In this document: piece after piece, positions 8,609 through 17,557 of the stretch
How the letters are laid out: every line of letters starts with the position of its first letter
Position numbering within the stretch: the stretch's first letter is position 1
Assembly: GCA_046484345.1 (NCBI GenBank)
Contig: JAWOJA010000063.1
Coordinates: forward strand, 432-64,431
DNA length: 64,000 bases
Reading direction: 5' to 3'
DNA from: Kiritimatiellia bacterium
GTDB taxonomy: Bacteria > Verrucomicrobiota > Kiritimatiellia > CAIKKV01
Notes under the pieces: model-generated
Told to the model about the DNA's origin: nothing
Database searches by the model: none
What the model saw: only the letters and a program-made list of their open reading frames with translations
Made by a program: the position numbers and the translations under genes

Positions 8609-10337
8609 GGGGGGTGACCTCTTGGACGAGGGATTCGAGCGCGGCCCGGGTCGCCATGAATTCGGGCGTCTCGCGGCCCTGGCGGTTCCAGTCGCGGGTC
8701 AACTGGGTGAGTTTGTGAAAAAATCCGCGCGCTGTCTCGTAATCGGGAAAATGCATGGCCGCCCGCAGCACCCCGTCGAGCACGCCGAAGACGAAGCGCT
8801 GGCGTTCCGCCCCGGTGGCGGCGTCGACCTCATGGAAGGCATCCTGCTGCAGGTAGGTGCTGTCGAGGTATTCGCCCTTCAGGTAGGTGATGAACTCGTC
8901 CTGCGTCACGCCTTCCTCGCCGACGACCTTCATCATCTGGTTGATTTCGGCGCTTTTCTTCAGGACCTTGCGGGCCGTTGCGAGGGCGGCCTCGGGGGCG
9001 ACGCTGGGATACTTGCTCCAGCTGTCCAGCGGATCGATGGCCGGGTAGCGTCGCGCGTCCGACCGGGCGCGGGAGAGGCCGTGAAAGGCCCCGACCACCT
9101 TGAGGGTCGCCTGCGTCACGGGTTCGTCGAAGTTGCCGCCGGCGGGGCTGACCGTGCCGCCGATGGTGATGGAGCCGATGGAACCGTCCTTGAGCCGCAC
9201 GATGCCGCCGCGTTCGTAGAAGGCGGCGATCACGGATTCGAGGTAGGCGGGGAAGGCTTCCTCGCCGGGGATTTCCTCGAGGCGGCCCGACATCTCGCGC
9301 AGCGCCTGGGCCCAGCGCGAGGTGGAGTCGGCCAGCAGCAGCACGTTGAGTCCCATCTGGCGGTAATATTCGGCCAGTGTGGCGCCGGTGTAGACGGAAG
9401 CCTCGCGGGCGGCCACCGGCATGGAGCTGGTGTTACAGATAATGATGGTCCGCTCCATGAGGCTGCGGCCGGTGCGCGGGTCCACGAGTTCGGGGAATTC
9501 CCGCAGCGTCTCGACCACTTCGCCGGCCCGCTCGCCGCAGGCGGCGATGACGACGACGTCCACCTCGGCGTGGCGGCTGGTGAGCTGCTGGAGGACGGTC
9601 TTGCCGGCGCCGAAGGGGCCCGGAATGCAGTAGGTGCCGCCGCGGGCGACCGGGAAAAAGGTGTCGATGCTGCGGATCTTGGTGATGAGCGTTTCGGCGG
9701 GGCGCAGGCGTTCCGAATAGGCCTTGATCGGGATCTTCACCGGCCAGGTTTGGATCATGGAGACGTCCACCGCCGCTCCGCGCTCGGGCCGCAGTTTGGC
9801 CACGGGCTGGCCGGCGGGATAGGAGCCGGCCGGCTGGATGGATTCCACAGTTGCGACGCCCTGGAAATCGAACGGCACCATGATGCGGTGCTGGAAGAGG
9901 CCTTCCGGCACGGTGCCCAGCGTTTCGCCCGCGGTGAGACGGTCGCCCGGTTTGGCAACGGGCGTGAAGGCCCAGACCGCTTCCTTGCTAAGCGCTTCCA
10001 GGTAGGTGCCGCGCTGGAGGAAAAATCCGCATTTTTCGGCCAGGCGGGGCAGGGGGTTCTGCAGGCCGTCGTAAATCTGCCCCAGCAGGCCCGGGCCCAG
10101 CTGGACGGAGAGCAGCTTGCCGGTGAAGGTGACGGTGTTGCCGATCATCAGGCCCACCGTGTCCTCGAAGACCTGGAGGTCGGCCTTGCGGCCATAAACC
10201 CGAACGACCTCGGCCAGGAGTGCCGTTTCGCCAACGTGGACGAGGGCCACTTCGTTTTGACCCACGGCGCCTTCAAAATCAACCCGGACCAGGTTGCCGT
10301 TGACGCCCGATACTTTGCCGGTTGCCGCCTCGTTCAT
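8601..10337 (-). CDS. atpA: V-type ATPase catalytic subunit A
   Basis: A Walker A motif (GPFGAGKT) and the non-homologous-region insertion typical of V/A-type A subunits are present. Confidence 0.9.
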   Translation of the reverse strand: MNEAATGKVSGVNGNLVRVDFEGAVGQNEVALVHVGETALLAEVVRVYGRKADLQVFEDTVGLMIGNTVTFTGKLLSVQLGPGLLGQIYDGLQNPLPRLAEKCGFFLQRGTYLEALSKEAVWAFTPVAKPGDRLTAGETLGTVPEGLFQHRIMVPFDFQGVATVESIQPAGSYPAGQPVAKLRPERGAAVDVSMIQTWPVKIPIKAYSERLRPAETLITKIRSIDTFFPVARGGTYCIPGPFGAGKTVLQQLTSRHAEVDVVVIAACGERAGEVVETLREFPELVDPRTGRSLMERTIIICNTSSMPVAAREASVYTGATLAEYYRQMGLNVLLLADSTSRWAQALREMSGRLEEIPGEEAFPAYLESVIAAFYERGGIVRLKDGSIGSITIGGTVSPAGGNFDEPVTQATLKVVGAFHGLSRARSDARRYPAIDPLDSWSKYPSVAPEAALATARKVLKKSAEINQMMKVVGEEGVTQDEFITYLKGEYLDSTYLQQDAFHEVDAATGAERQRFVFGVLDGVLRAAMHFPDYETARGFFHKLTQLTRDWNRQGRETPEFMATRAALESLVQEVTPHA

Positions 10338-10876
10338 AATTCTGCCTTTTGTCGTTCTGCCGCTCCGGCGGCGGCCGTTTCCAGAAGCGCCGCGCCTTTT
10401 TCAGGATCAAAGGATGCCCAGCGCCAGGCCAGGCGCAATTTCAGGACGTAGCTGTAAATTGTCTCCAGGCCGAAGGGGTTCAGCCCCGCCAGCTCGTCCA
10501 GCATCCGCCAGCGGATCTGGTCCAGCGCCTTTTCCCGATCCAGCGGGTTGGGGGCCTGGAAAGCGTCGGCAACGGCGGTTTGGAGGTAGACGCGGTTGCC
10601 CTTCTGCGGGCGGAGAAAACCGTCCGGACTAATCCCCCGGTGCCGGGCGCGAATGCGCACGGAGAGGTTGCGCAGTTCGGTCTCGCGATCGAACCATTCG
10701 CGGGCAAAGGGATCGGGACTGTGGCGGCCGTCGGCTTCCAGCAGATCGCGCAAAACGGCCATATTCCCGGGCGGCAAGTGCTCCCCGGCGGTCTGGAGAA
10801 AGGCGGGAAGACTGATCGGCGGACGCTGGCCGAGGTGGAGCAGGGGAAGGCTGGCAATCAGGAAATAGGGGTTCAT
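10334..10876 (-). CDS. V-ATPase operon-associated hypothetical protein (DUF2764-like; occupies the position of the CT309-type gene in Chlamydia/Bacteroidetes operons)
   Basis: It is a conserved-position ORF between E and A and is translationally coupled to both. I see no recognisable catalytic motif. Confidence 0.45.
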   Translation of the reverse strand: MNPYFLIASLPLLHLGQRPPISLPAFLQTAGEHLPPGNMAVLRDLLEADGRHSPDPFAREWFDRETELRNLSVRIRARHRGISPDGFLRPQKGNRVYLQTAVADAFQAPNPLDREKALDQIRWRMLDELAGLNPFGLETIYSYVLKLRLAWRWASFDPEKGAALLETAAAGAAERQKAEL

Positions 10877-11514
10877 GATGCGCGGGGGGCATCCTTTGGC
10901 GCGGCGGCGGCATTCCGCAACAGCGCGGCCAGATCGGGCCGTACGAACCGCGCCATGGTTTCGGCCACGGCTTCGGCCGTGAAGTCGTGCTCCACGTGAT
11001 TGTCCTTCAGCATGACCTTGAAACCCTGGGCCACGTCGTTGGAGGACTGGATAATCAGGCCCTCCACGGCCGAATCACGAAGGGCCTTGAGGATGTAGGC
11101 CCGCAACGAGTCGGCCTCATGGGCGGGAACGGTTACCAGCAGGTTGCCGGCCTTGTGGCCCAGGGCCAGGTAGGCGCGGATGACATCCTGCAGGAAGCCG
11201 CGGAAGGATTCGGGGGAAAAGGCCTCTTCGACCTTGGCCAGGAGAATCCGCTCAAAGAGGGTTTCAATGGAATGCTGGAGCGTGAGAATCGTGTCGCGTG
11301 AGGCCTGCTCGATCGCCTTGCGGCCGCGTTCCGCATAGGTTAGGGAATCCGCTTCGGCTTTCTTTATAAGCTGGGCAGCCTTATCGGCGGCCTCCCGCTC
11401 CAGGCGCGCCGCCTCGGTCCGGGCCCGCTCCAGGATGGTTTTGGCTTCCGCGTCGGCTTTGGTGACGCCCTCGGTCCGAATTTTCTCGATCAAATGTTGA
11501 AGTTGCTCGCTCAT
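10873..11514 (-). CDS. atpE: V-type ATPase subunit E (peripheral stalk)
   Basis: It is a coiled-coil, Ala/Glu/Lys/Arg-rich protein (AEAKTILERARTEAARLEREAADKAAQL). I placed the start at MSEQLQHLIEKI. Confidence 0.75.
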   Translation of the reverse strand: MSEQLQHLIEKIRTEGVTKADAEAKTILERARTEAARLEREAADKAAQLIKKAEADSLTYAERGRKAIEQASRDTILTLQHSIETLFERILLAKVEEAFSPESFRGFLQDVIRAYLALGHKAGNLLVTVPAHEADSLRAYILKALRDSAVEGLIIQSSNDVAQGFKVMLKDNHVEHDFTAEAVAETMARFVRPDLAALLRNAAAAPKDAPRAS

Positions 11515-11542
11515 GGACCGTGCCTTCCGAATAATGATCAAT

Positions 11543-11571
11543 TCGACCGACTAATTTAGCCACATCGGCGC
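11543..11571 (-). promoter_or_regulatory. Candidate sigma70-like promoter for the V-ATPase operon (TTGCAC, N17, TAAATT on the minus strand)
   Basis: This is a hexamer match in the divergent intergenic region 11515-11678, followed by a GGAAGG Shine-Dalgarno sequence before atpE. Confidence 0.3.
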
Positions 11572-11603
11572 GGGGGTGCAAGGAGAAATGAAAAAAGTCA
11601 TCC

Positions 11604-11633
11604 TTCTCTTGGTTCGGTTCGAAAAATGCGTAT
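11604..11633 (+). promoter_or_regulatory. Candidate sigma70-like promoter (TTGGTT, N16, TATAAT) for the MBL-fold hydrolase gene
   Basis: A perfect -10 TATAAT lies about 45 nt upstream of the ATG at 11679. Confidence 0.35.
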
Positions 11634-11678
11634 AATAGGCGGCGCAGAGCGAATGAAATCACGCAACGGGAAGCGCAT

Positions 11679-12464
11679 ATGGGTGTCACAATCTGTGTCT
11701 TGGGCAGCGGCAGCTCGGGCAACAGCACATTTATCGGCACGGAAACGGCCGGCCTGCTGGTGGATGCGGGGCTGAGCGCCCGTGAGACGCTGCGCCGGGT
11801 GGAAGTCGCCGGCCTGCCCCCGGCCCGGGTGAACGCCGTGTTGCTGACCCACGAGCATGGCGACCACACCGCCGGAATCAGCGTGCTGCACCGCCGGCAC
11901 AAGCTGACGCTCTATGCCAATTCTGGAACGATCGACCGCTACACCGGCGAGGAGGACGACGGCTCTTTACAGTGGAATGTTTTCCAGACCGGCGCTCCGT
12001 TTGACATTGGCGACATCCGTGTAGAGCCCTTTTCCGTGCCGCACGACGCCATGGACCCGGTCGGCTATATTTTCACGGTTCAATCGCTCAAGATCGGTGT
12101 GGCGACGGACATGGGCATGGCCACCACCCTGATCCGGGAGCGGCTGCGGCATTGCCACGTCCTGGTGGTCGAGGCGAATCACGACCTGCATATGCTGAAA
12201 AATTCCGGCCGGCCCTGGCCGCTGATCCAGCGCATTTTGGGCCGGCAGGGTCATTTGTCGAACGAAGCCCTGGCCGAGATGCTGGGGGAGATCGGGCATA
12301 TGGGAATGACCGATGTTTTCCTGGCGCATCTCAGTCGGGATTGCAACGAACCGGACCTGGCTGAAAAACATGTGCGCCGGGCCCTGGACCAGAAGGGGCA
12401 TGGCCATATCCGGCTTCACCTGACCTATCCCGACAAACCCAGCCATGTGGTGCGGATGGGCTGA
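11679..12464 (+). CDS. MBL-fold metallo-hydrolase (YycJ/RNase-Z-like beta-lactamase superfamily)
   Basis: It has the HxHxDH motif (LLTHEHGDHTAG) and downstream His/Asp metal ligands. Confidence 0.8.
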   Translation: MGVTICVLGSGSSGNSTFIGTETAGLLVDAGLSARETLRRVEVAGLPPARVNAVLLTHEHGDHTAGISVLHRRHKLTLYANSGTIDRYTGEEDDGSLQWNVFQTGAPFDIGDIRVEPFSVPHDAMDPVGYIFTVQSLKIGVATDMGMATTLIRERLRHCHVLVVEANHDLHMLKNSGRPWPLIQRILGRQGHLSNEALAEMLGEIGHMGMTDVFLAHLSRDCNEPDLAEKHVRRALDQKGHGHIRLHLTYPDKPSHVVRMG

Positions 12465-12564
12465 GGTCCTTTGCAGCCTGCCGGACTTTATCCTCGCGCG
12501 AAGCGTGGCGCTGTCGGCGCCGCACAGTGGATTTGTGGTGGACGGTTGTGTTGGTGGTTGCGCT

Positions 12565-12941
12565 GGGTGCGGCGTTTCGGGCGTTCCCTGCCGCGCGCTT
12601 TTGCGCGCTGCCGGTTTCCGGCTGGAGGCTCGCGGGCACGAGCCCAGCTCACCTCGCCGTCAACCGCCAGCATCGCAAAATCGCATCGCCAGGGTCCGCC
12701 TGATCGAAACGCCACACCCGAGTAACCATCGCGCGCCCCAGCCCTCCCGGGCATGGCGGGCGGCGCGCGATTTCGGTTCCCATGATACGCCCGATCTGTA
12801 TTTCACCGAAACAGCCTCTTCGGGCTTATGTCGGAAACCAAATCGCGCGCCGCCCGAGGTGCTCGATAGAGCCCAGGGCGCGCGATGGCCACACGGGTGC
12901 GGCGTTTCGAAAGCGGCCGGGCATTAACGCCGAAACGCCGC
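12565..12941. repeat. Cluster of GC-rich inverted repeats built from reused words in a convergent intergenic region
   Basis: One stem pair (ATCGCGCGCC / GGCGCGCGAT) forms two hairpins, at 12728-12771 and 12842-12886, each with a loop of about 24 nt. The word GGGTGCGGCGTTTCG occurs at 12565 and 12895, each time with a downstream near-complement (12705-12719 and 12931-12941). There is also a GCGCGC-TTTT-GCGCGC palindrome near 12589. Confidence 0.5.
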
Positions 12942-12965
12942 GCCCAGCGCAACCGCGACAGGCTG

Positions 12966-14255
12966 CTAGGCCCGACGGCGGAAGCGCGCGGCGAACAGGC
13001 AAGAGCCGGGGCCTTCCCACGGCCAGAAACAGGCCCAGCCGGGCGTTTCGGCGCCGGTCAGGGGGTTGGCGAAGGGCGCCAATTCAAAATCGGGACGTAC
13101 CTTCATGAACTGTTTCGTAACGTCGGCGTTTTCATCGGTCAACAGCGAGCAGGTGGCGTAGAGCAACGATCCTCCCGGTTTGACCGCATCGGCCGCGCGA
13201 AGGAGGAGGGTCAGCTGGGTTTCGGCTAGTGCCGGGATGGCGGCCGCATCGAACCGCCAGCGGGCGTCCGGATTGCGCGCCCACGTTCCCGAACCGGAGC
13301 AGGGGGCGTCCACCAGCACGCCGTCGAAAAGGGTTTTCGGAAGCGGATCGCGCGCCGCATCCAGGCGCGCGAAGCGGACCGCGCGATCCAGGCCGGCCAG
13401 GCGCGCGCGGCGGCCGGCTTCCGTCAGGGTAGACTCGCGCACATCGGAGGCCAGGATGCGGACTTTCCCCCCGGCCAGGTCGGCCAGGTGGAGGCTTTTC
13501 CCGCCGGCGCCCGCACAGGCGTCCCACCAGGCGCTGCCGGGCTGCGGATCGGCCACATGCCCCACGGCCTGCGAGGCGACGTCCTGGATTTCCAACTGCC
13601 CCTTGCAGCGGGAAAGCAGGTCGGCCAGCCGCGCGGTATTCTCCACCCGCCAGGCGTTGGGCATCCGCTCGTGCGGCGTTACCTCAATTCCAAATTGGGA
13701 ACAGCAGTCGCGGACGCCCGATGCCTGGCCGCGCCGCACGCGGATCCAGGTCGGGGGGCGCAACTGCAGCGATTCCAGCAGGCGCAGTCGGCCGGCGGCT
13801 TCGTCCGCCTTCCCGGGCCAGGCCAGGTGCGGAAGAACGGCTTCGGGAACGAGGCGTTCGGGCGGGGGCGGGGCGTCCAGGTTCAGCCACCGGGCCGCTT
13901 GCCGGGCTTGGGCGGCCCATGATTCCAGCGGTTCGGCGGGATTATCCAAGGGCGCGAGCGCGTCCACGGCCGGGTGCGAGTCGGGCGCGTCGAGGCGGAA
14001 AGCGGCCGCGGCGCGGGTGGCGAGGGGGAGGGCGGGGGCGAGGTCGGTCCAGCCTTTCCACCGGAAATGGGAATGAACAAAGGCGGCGAACAGCCGGCGG
14101 TCCCGGGAGCCATATTCGTGATGAGAGCGGAAAACATCCTGAAGGGCGATGTCGGCGGGGCGGCCTTCGCCGACCCGTTCCAGGATGACGGCGAGCAAGT
14201 CGATGACCGTTTTCGCCTGGCGCGCGATGACATGGGGAGGCGGGGTGTGATTCAT
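12966..14255 (-). CDS. 16S rRNA m5C methyltransferase RsmB/Sun (NOL1/NOP2) family, about 430 aa
   Basis: It has a SAM-binding fold and catalytic Cys motifs (VLVDAPCSGSGT…; LLYATCSL). I chose the start at MNHTPPP (14255). The longer track ORF begins at 14468. Confidence 0.75.
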   Translation of the reverse strand: MNHTPPPHVIARQAKTVIDLLAVILERVGEGRPADIALQDVFRSHHEYGSRDRRLFAAFVHSHFRWKGWTDLAPALPLATRAAAAFRLDAPDSHPAVDALAPLDNPAEPLESWAAQARQAARWLNLDAPPPPERLVPEAVLPHLAWPGKADEAAGRLRLLESLQLRPPTWIRVRRGQASGVRDCCSQFGIEVTPHERMPNAWRVENTARLADLLSRCKGQLEIQDVASQAVGHVADPQPGSAWWDACAGAGGKSLHLADLAGGKVRILASDVRESTLTEAGRRARLAGLDRAVRFARLDAARDPLPKTLFDGVLVDAPCSGSGTWARNPDARWRFDAAAIPALAETQLTLLLRAADAVKPGGSLLYATCSLLTDENADVTKQFMKVRPDFELAPFANPLTGAETPGWACFWPWEGPGSCLFAARFRRRA

Positions 14256-14289
14256 GACACCGGGGACTTTACCCGTTGCGCCCACCGTT

Positions 14290-15016
14290 TTCAAGGATGG
14301 GCTCACAAATGAAGGAATTGTATTTGATTTGCGTTTTACGACAACGGCTGGCAGGGCCCGGACCGCGGCCACGGCCACTGCATCTATGCCCAGAACGCGA
14401 GGGACAGCCGGAAAATTATCCGGCCGTGCATCATGAGCTGCAAATATGACGGCACCTACACGCTTCACGCGTACGGCTCGGCTCGGCGAATGTCGACAAT
14501 TTCCTGATCGAGGAAAATATTGCCTACGGATGGGGGCCGGTTCTGGTCGGAGGGGGCAAGCCGAGCCACGGAATCCAGCAGGTTTCTAACGTTTTGTACA
14601 AGGTCGACATGCGGGTGGGTTACAACGCGCCCCACAACGAGGATTGCGAGATTTATGACAATTGGATATTCCGGGGGCGCCTGACCGTCAACCGCTGCAA
14701 GAAAGCGGATCAGCGGAACAACCGGGTTCTGCCGGACGGCCCCCCCGGTCGACACTCCGTTTGAGGCGCGCCTTTTCGTCAAGCGGTATGACACGAACCG
14801 CGCCCATTTGGCGGTGTTCAACTGGTCCAAAGAGCCCTTTGTCGACATTGACACGCGAGGATAATTAAAAGAAGGCGAGGGGTGCGAGCTTCGATCGCCG
14901 AAAGCGTTCTACGGCCCGCCCTTGCACCGGGTGATTTGCCGGGACAATAAAATCCGCGTCCCTGTTACCGACGAGTTTGCCGTGTACGTCCTGATGAAGG
15001 CGGCAAAACCCTGATT
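14290..15016 (+). pseudogene. Degraded glycoside-hydrolase gene, probably the C-terminus of a GH27/36-like alpha-galactosidase, with multiple frameshifts and stops
   Basis: Protein-like segments lie in three different + frames (YDNGWQGPDRGHGHCIYAQN; NIAYGWGPVLVGGG…; RLFVKRYDTNRAHLAVFNWSKEPF; DEFAVYVLMKAAKP). The last two resemble the C-terminal beta-sandwich of GH27/36 enzymes (…AVALFNRS…VYRL…). No frame is open for more than about 130 codons. Confidence 0.35.
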
Positions 15017-15023
15017 TTTTCAT

Positions 15024-15053
15024 ATTGACACTTCCGGTCAGAATTCGGTATGG
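15024..15053 (+). promoter_or_regulatory. Candidate promoter (TTGACA, N18, TATGGT) upstream of coaE with a leader of about 130 nt
   Basis: This is a hexamer match in an AT-richer stretch. Confidence 0.25.
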
Positions 15054-15181
15054 TTACAAAAATCTCCCACATGATCGTTTCGATCACATGAATTCCCCTG
15101 TAAACGATCCGTCTTCCGTTTCATCCGGCAGACGTGGGAAAGGCGCATGCAATTCCGTCGCACGGCATTTCCGGAGCACCC

Positions 15182-15772
15182 ATGAAAAAAATCGCCCTGA
15201 CGGGCGGCATCGCCTGTGGAAAAAGTCTGGTCGGCCAGTATCTGGCCGAAGAAGGTTTTCCGGTTTGCGATGCGGATGGGGTGGCGCATGAACTGATGAG
15301 GCCCGGCAGTCCCGTGTGCGAAAGCATCCTGCGGGAGTTTGGCCGGGCGATCGCGGCGCCGGATGGCGGCATCGACCGGGGCCGATTGGGTCGGGTTGTG
15401 TTCGACGACCCGGCGCAACTGGCCCGGCTGAACAGGCTGGTCCATCCCGCGGTGGCGCAGGCCATCGACGGGTGGCTGGCGGCTCGGTCGCCCGAAACGC
15501 GGGCCGCCGTGGTCATCATTCCGCTGTTGTTCGAAGCGGGAATGGATGAGGGTTGGGACGGGATCATCAGTGTGATCAGTCCGGCCACCGTGCAATGGGC
15601 GCGGTTGCTGGAGCGCGGGTTGACGCCGGGGGAGGCCCGGCAGCGTTTGGCCGCCCAGTGGGCGCCGGCGAAAAAGATGGAACGCGCGGACTGGGTTATT
15701 TTCAACGGCGGAACACGAGAGATGCTCAAGGAACAGGCACAAGCCGTCCTGCGGCGCATGGTGGAGAGTTAG
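15182..15772 (+). CDS. coaE: Dephospho-CoA kinase
   Basis: A P-loop opens the protein (MKKIALTGGIACGKS), and it has the CoaE fold and length. Confidence 0.85.
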   Translation: MKKIALTGGIACGKSLVGQYLAEEGFPVCDADGVAHELMRPGSPVCESILREFGRAIAAPDGGIDRGRLGRVVFDDPAQLARLNRLVHPAVAQAIDGWLAARSPETRAAVVIIPLLFEAGMDEGWDGIISVISPATVQWARLLERGLTPGEARQRLAAQWAPAKKMERADWVIFNGGTREMLKEQAQAVLRRMVES

Positions 15773-15775
15773 CAT

Positions 15776-17554
15776 ATGGACGATACAGACAAGACCGAAT
15801 CCAAACCCCGGCCCCGGCCTCGCGGGCGCAAGCCGCGTGTGAGCGCCCCGGACCCCGCCACAACCGCCAAACCTGTCGCGCCCGAAGCGCCGGCCCCCGC
15901 GCCTTCGGCGCCGGTCGCGCCGCCGCCGGCCCCGGCTGCCCCGCCGCCCCCTCCGCCCGTCGCGGTTGCGCCGGCGGCGCCCGTTGCCACCCCAACTCCC
16001 GTTGCCCCGCCAGCTCCCGTTGCTCCGCCAGCCGCCCCGGCTCCGGCGACGCCCGCGTACGCGGCGCCCCAACGGCCCCCCCAGGCCCGACCCGAGGGGC
16101 AGCCCGGTCCGGGTAATCGTCCCCATCCAAGGGACATGGGACGGCCCGGCATGCGGCCGCCGATGATGCGGCGCCCGTCGCCGCTGCCGCCGCCGCCCCC
16201 GGCGGTGCCGGTGCTGCCCATCAGCGGGCTGCGCGCCCGGGACGATGGGGCCACCTGGACGCCCAACGGAACGCCCTCGCAGCCGCCGCCGCGCCGGGGC
16301 AAGAACCTGGACCTCACGGAACTGCAGCAGCAGTCGGTGCCCGAGCTCGTGAAGCTGGCCGAGGAGCTGGGGATGGTGGAGATGGGCGCCCTGCGCAAGC
16401 ATGAGATGATCTTTGAAATCCTCAAGGCCAACGCCCGGTACAACGGCACCATGTTCAGCCGCGGTGTGCTGGAAGTCATGGATGACGGCTTCGGCTTCCT
16501 GCGCTCCCCGCAGAACAACTACCTGGCCTGCCAGGACGATATTTTCCTGTCGCCCGCGCAGATCCGGCGCTTTGCGATCCGTACCGGCGACCAGATCGAG
16601 GGCGAGCTGCGGCCGCCGAAGGAGAAGGAGCGCTTTTTCGCGATGGCAAAGGTGGAGAAGATCAACGGCGTGGCGCCCGAGCAGTCGCGGATCCAGATCC
16701 CGTTCGAAAACCTGACCCCGCTGTTCCCGAATCGGCGCTTCATCCTGGAGACCAAGCCCGAGGAGGTTTCCATGCGGGTGATGGACCTCTTCACGCCCAT
16801 CGGCATGGGCCAGCGCGGCCTGATCGTGGCGCCGCCGCGCACGGGCAAGACGGTGCTGCTCCAGAAGATCGCCAACAGCATATCGGCCAACCATCCCGAC
16901 TGCTACCTGATCGTGCTGCTCATCGACGAGCGGCCCGAAGAGGTGACGGACATGGAGCGCAACACCAAGGCGCACGTCATCAGCTCCACTTTCGACGAGC
17001 CGCCCGAGCGGCACGTGCAGGTGGCCGAGATGGTCGTGGAAATGGCCAAGCGCATGGTGGAAAACGGCAAGGATGTCTGCATCCTGCTGGACAGCATCAC
17101 CCGCCTCGCCCGCGCCTACAACACCGTGCAGCCCCACAGCGGCAAGATCCTCTCGGGCGGCGTGGACGCCAACGCCCTGCACAAGCCCCGGCGCTTCTTC
17201 GCCGCGGCCCGCAACACGGAGGACGGCGGCAGCCTGACCATTATCGCCACGGCCCTCGTGGACACGGGCAGCCGCATGGACGAGGTGATCTTCGAGGAGT
17301 TCAAGGGCACGGGCAACATGGAATTGTGCCTCGACCGGACGCTCGTCGACAAGCGGATTTTCCCCGCCATCAACGTTGAAAAATCGGGCACGCGCAAGGA
17401 AGAACTCTTGCTTCACCCCGACGAGCTTAATAAGATATGGATTCTGCGAAAAGCCATCAGCGGAATTCCGGCCGTGGAAGCCATGGAATTGATTGTGGGT
17501 CGGCTGAAGAAGACGAAGAACAACGTCGAGTTCCTGATGGCCATGAAGGAGTAA
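15776..17554 (+). CDS. rho: Transcription termination factor Rho with a Pro/Ala-rich N-terminal extension of about 170 aa
   Basis: It has a Rho N-terminal domain ([27 protein letters not shown]), an OB fold, and an ATPase core with P-loop (VAPPRTGKT). It is preceded by low-complexity [15 protein letters not shown]… sequence. Confidence 0.9.
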   Translation: MDDTDKTESKPRPRPRGRKPRVSAPDPATTAKPVAPEAPAPAPSAPVAPPPAPAAPPPPPPVAVAPAAPVATPTPVAPPAPVAPPAAPAPATPAYAAPQRPPQARPEGQPGPGNRPHPRDMGRPGMRPPMMRRPSPLPPPPPAVPVLPISGLRARDDGATWTPNGTPSQPPPRRGKNLDLTELQQQSVPELVKLAEELGMVEMGALRKHEMIFEILKANARYNGTMFSRGVLEVMDDGFGFLRSPQNNYLACQDDIFLSPAQIRRFAIRTGDQIEGELRPPKEKERFFAMAKVEKINGVAPEQSRIQIPFENLTPLFPNRRFILETKPEEVSMRVMDLFTPIGMGQRGLIVAPPRTGKTVLLQKIANSISANHPDCYLIVLLIDERPEEVTDMERNTKAHVISSTFDEPPERHVQVAEMVVEMAKRMVENGKDVCILLDSITRLARAYNTVQPHSGKILSGGVDANALHKPRRFFAAARNTEDGGSLTIIATALVDTGSRMDEVIFEEFKGTGNMELCLDRTLVDKRIFPAINVEKSGTRKEELLLHPDELNKIWILRKAISGIPAVEAMELIVGRLKKTKNNVEFLMAMKE

Positions 17555-17557
17555 TTA

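Noticed and set aside
6989-10451. 542-aa and 625-aa ORFs antisense to V-ATPase B and A subunits
   Set aside because: They are antisense to genes with strong catalytic motifs, and their translations are low-complexity.
14465-14854. 129-aa minus-strand ORF inside the 930-bp gap
   Set aside because: It has no recognisable fold, and it overlaps + strand fragments that look like a decayed glycosidase. It is more likely chance than a gene.
15038-17416. 792-aa ORF antisense to coaE and rho
   Set aside because: It lies entirely opposite two well-supported genes, and its translation is Arg/Gly/His-rich low-complexity sequence with no motifs. It is a typical high-GC antisense artefact.
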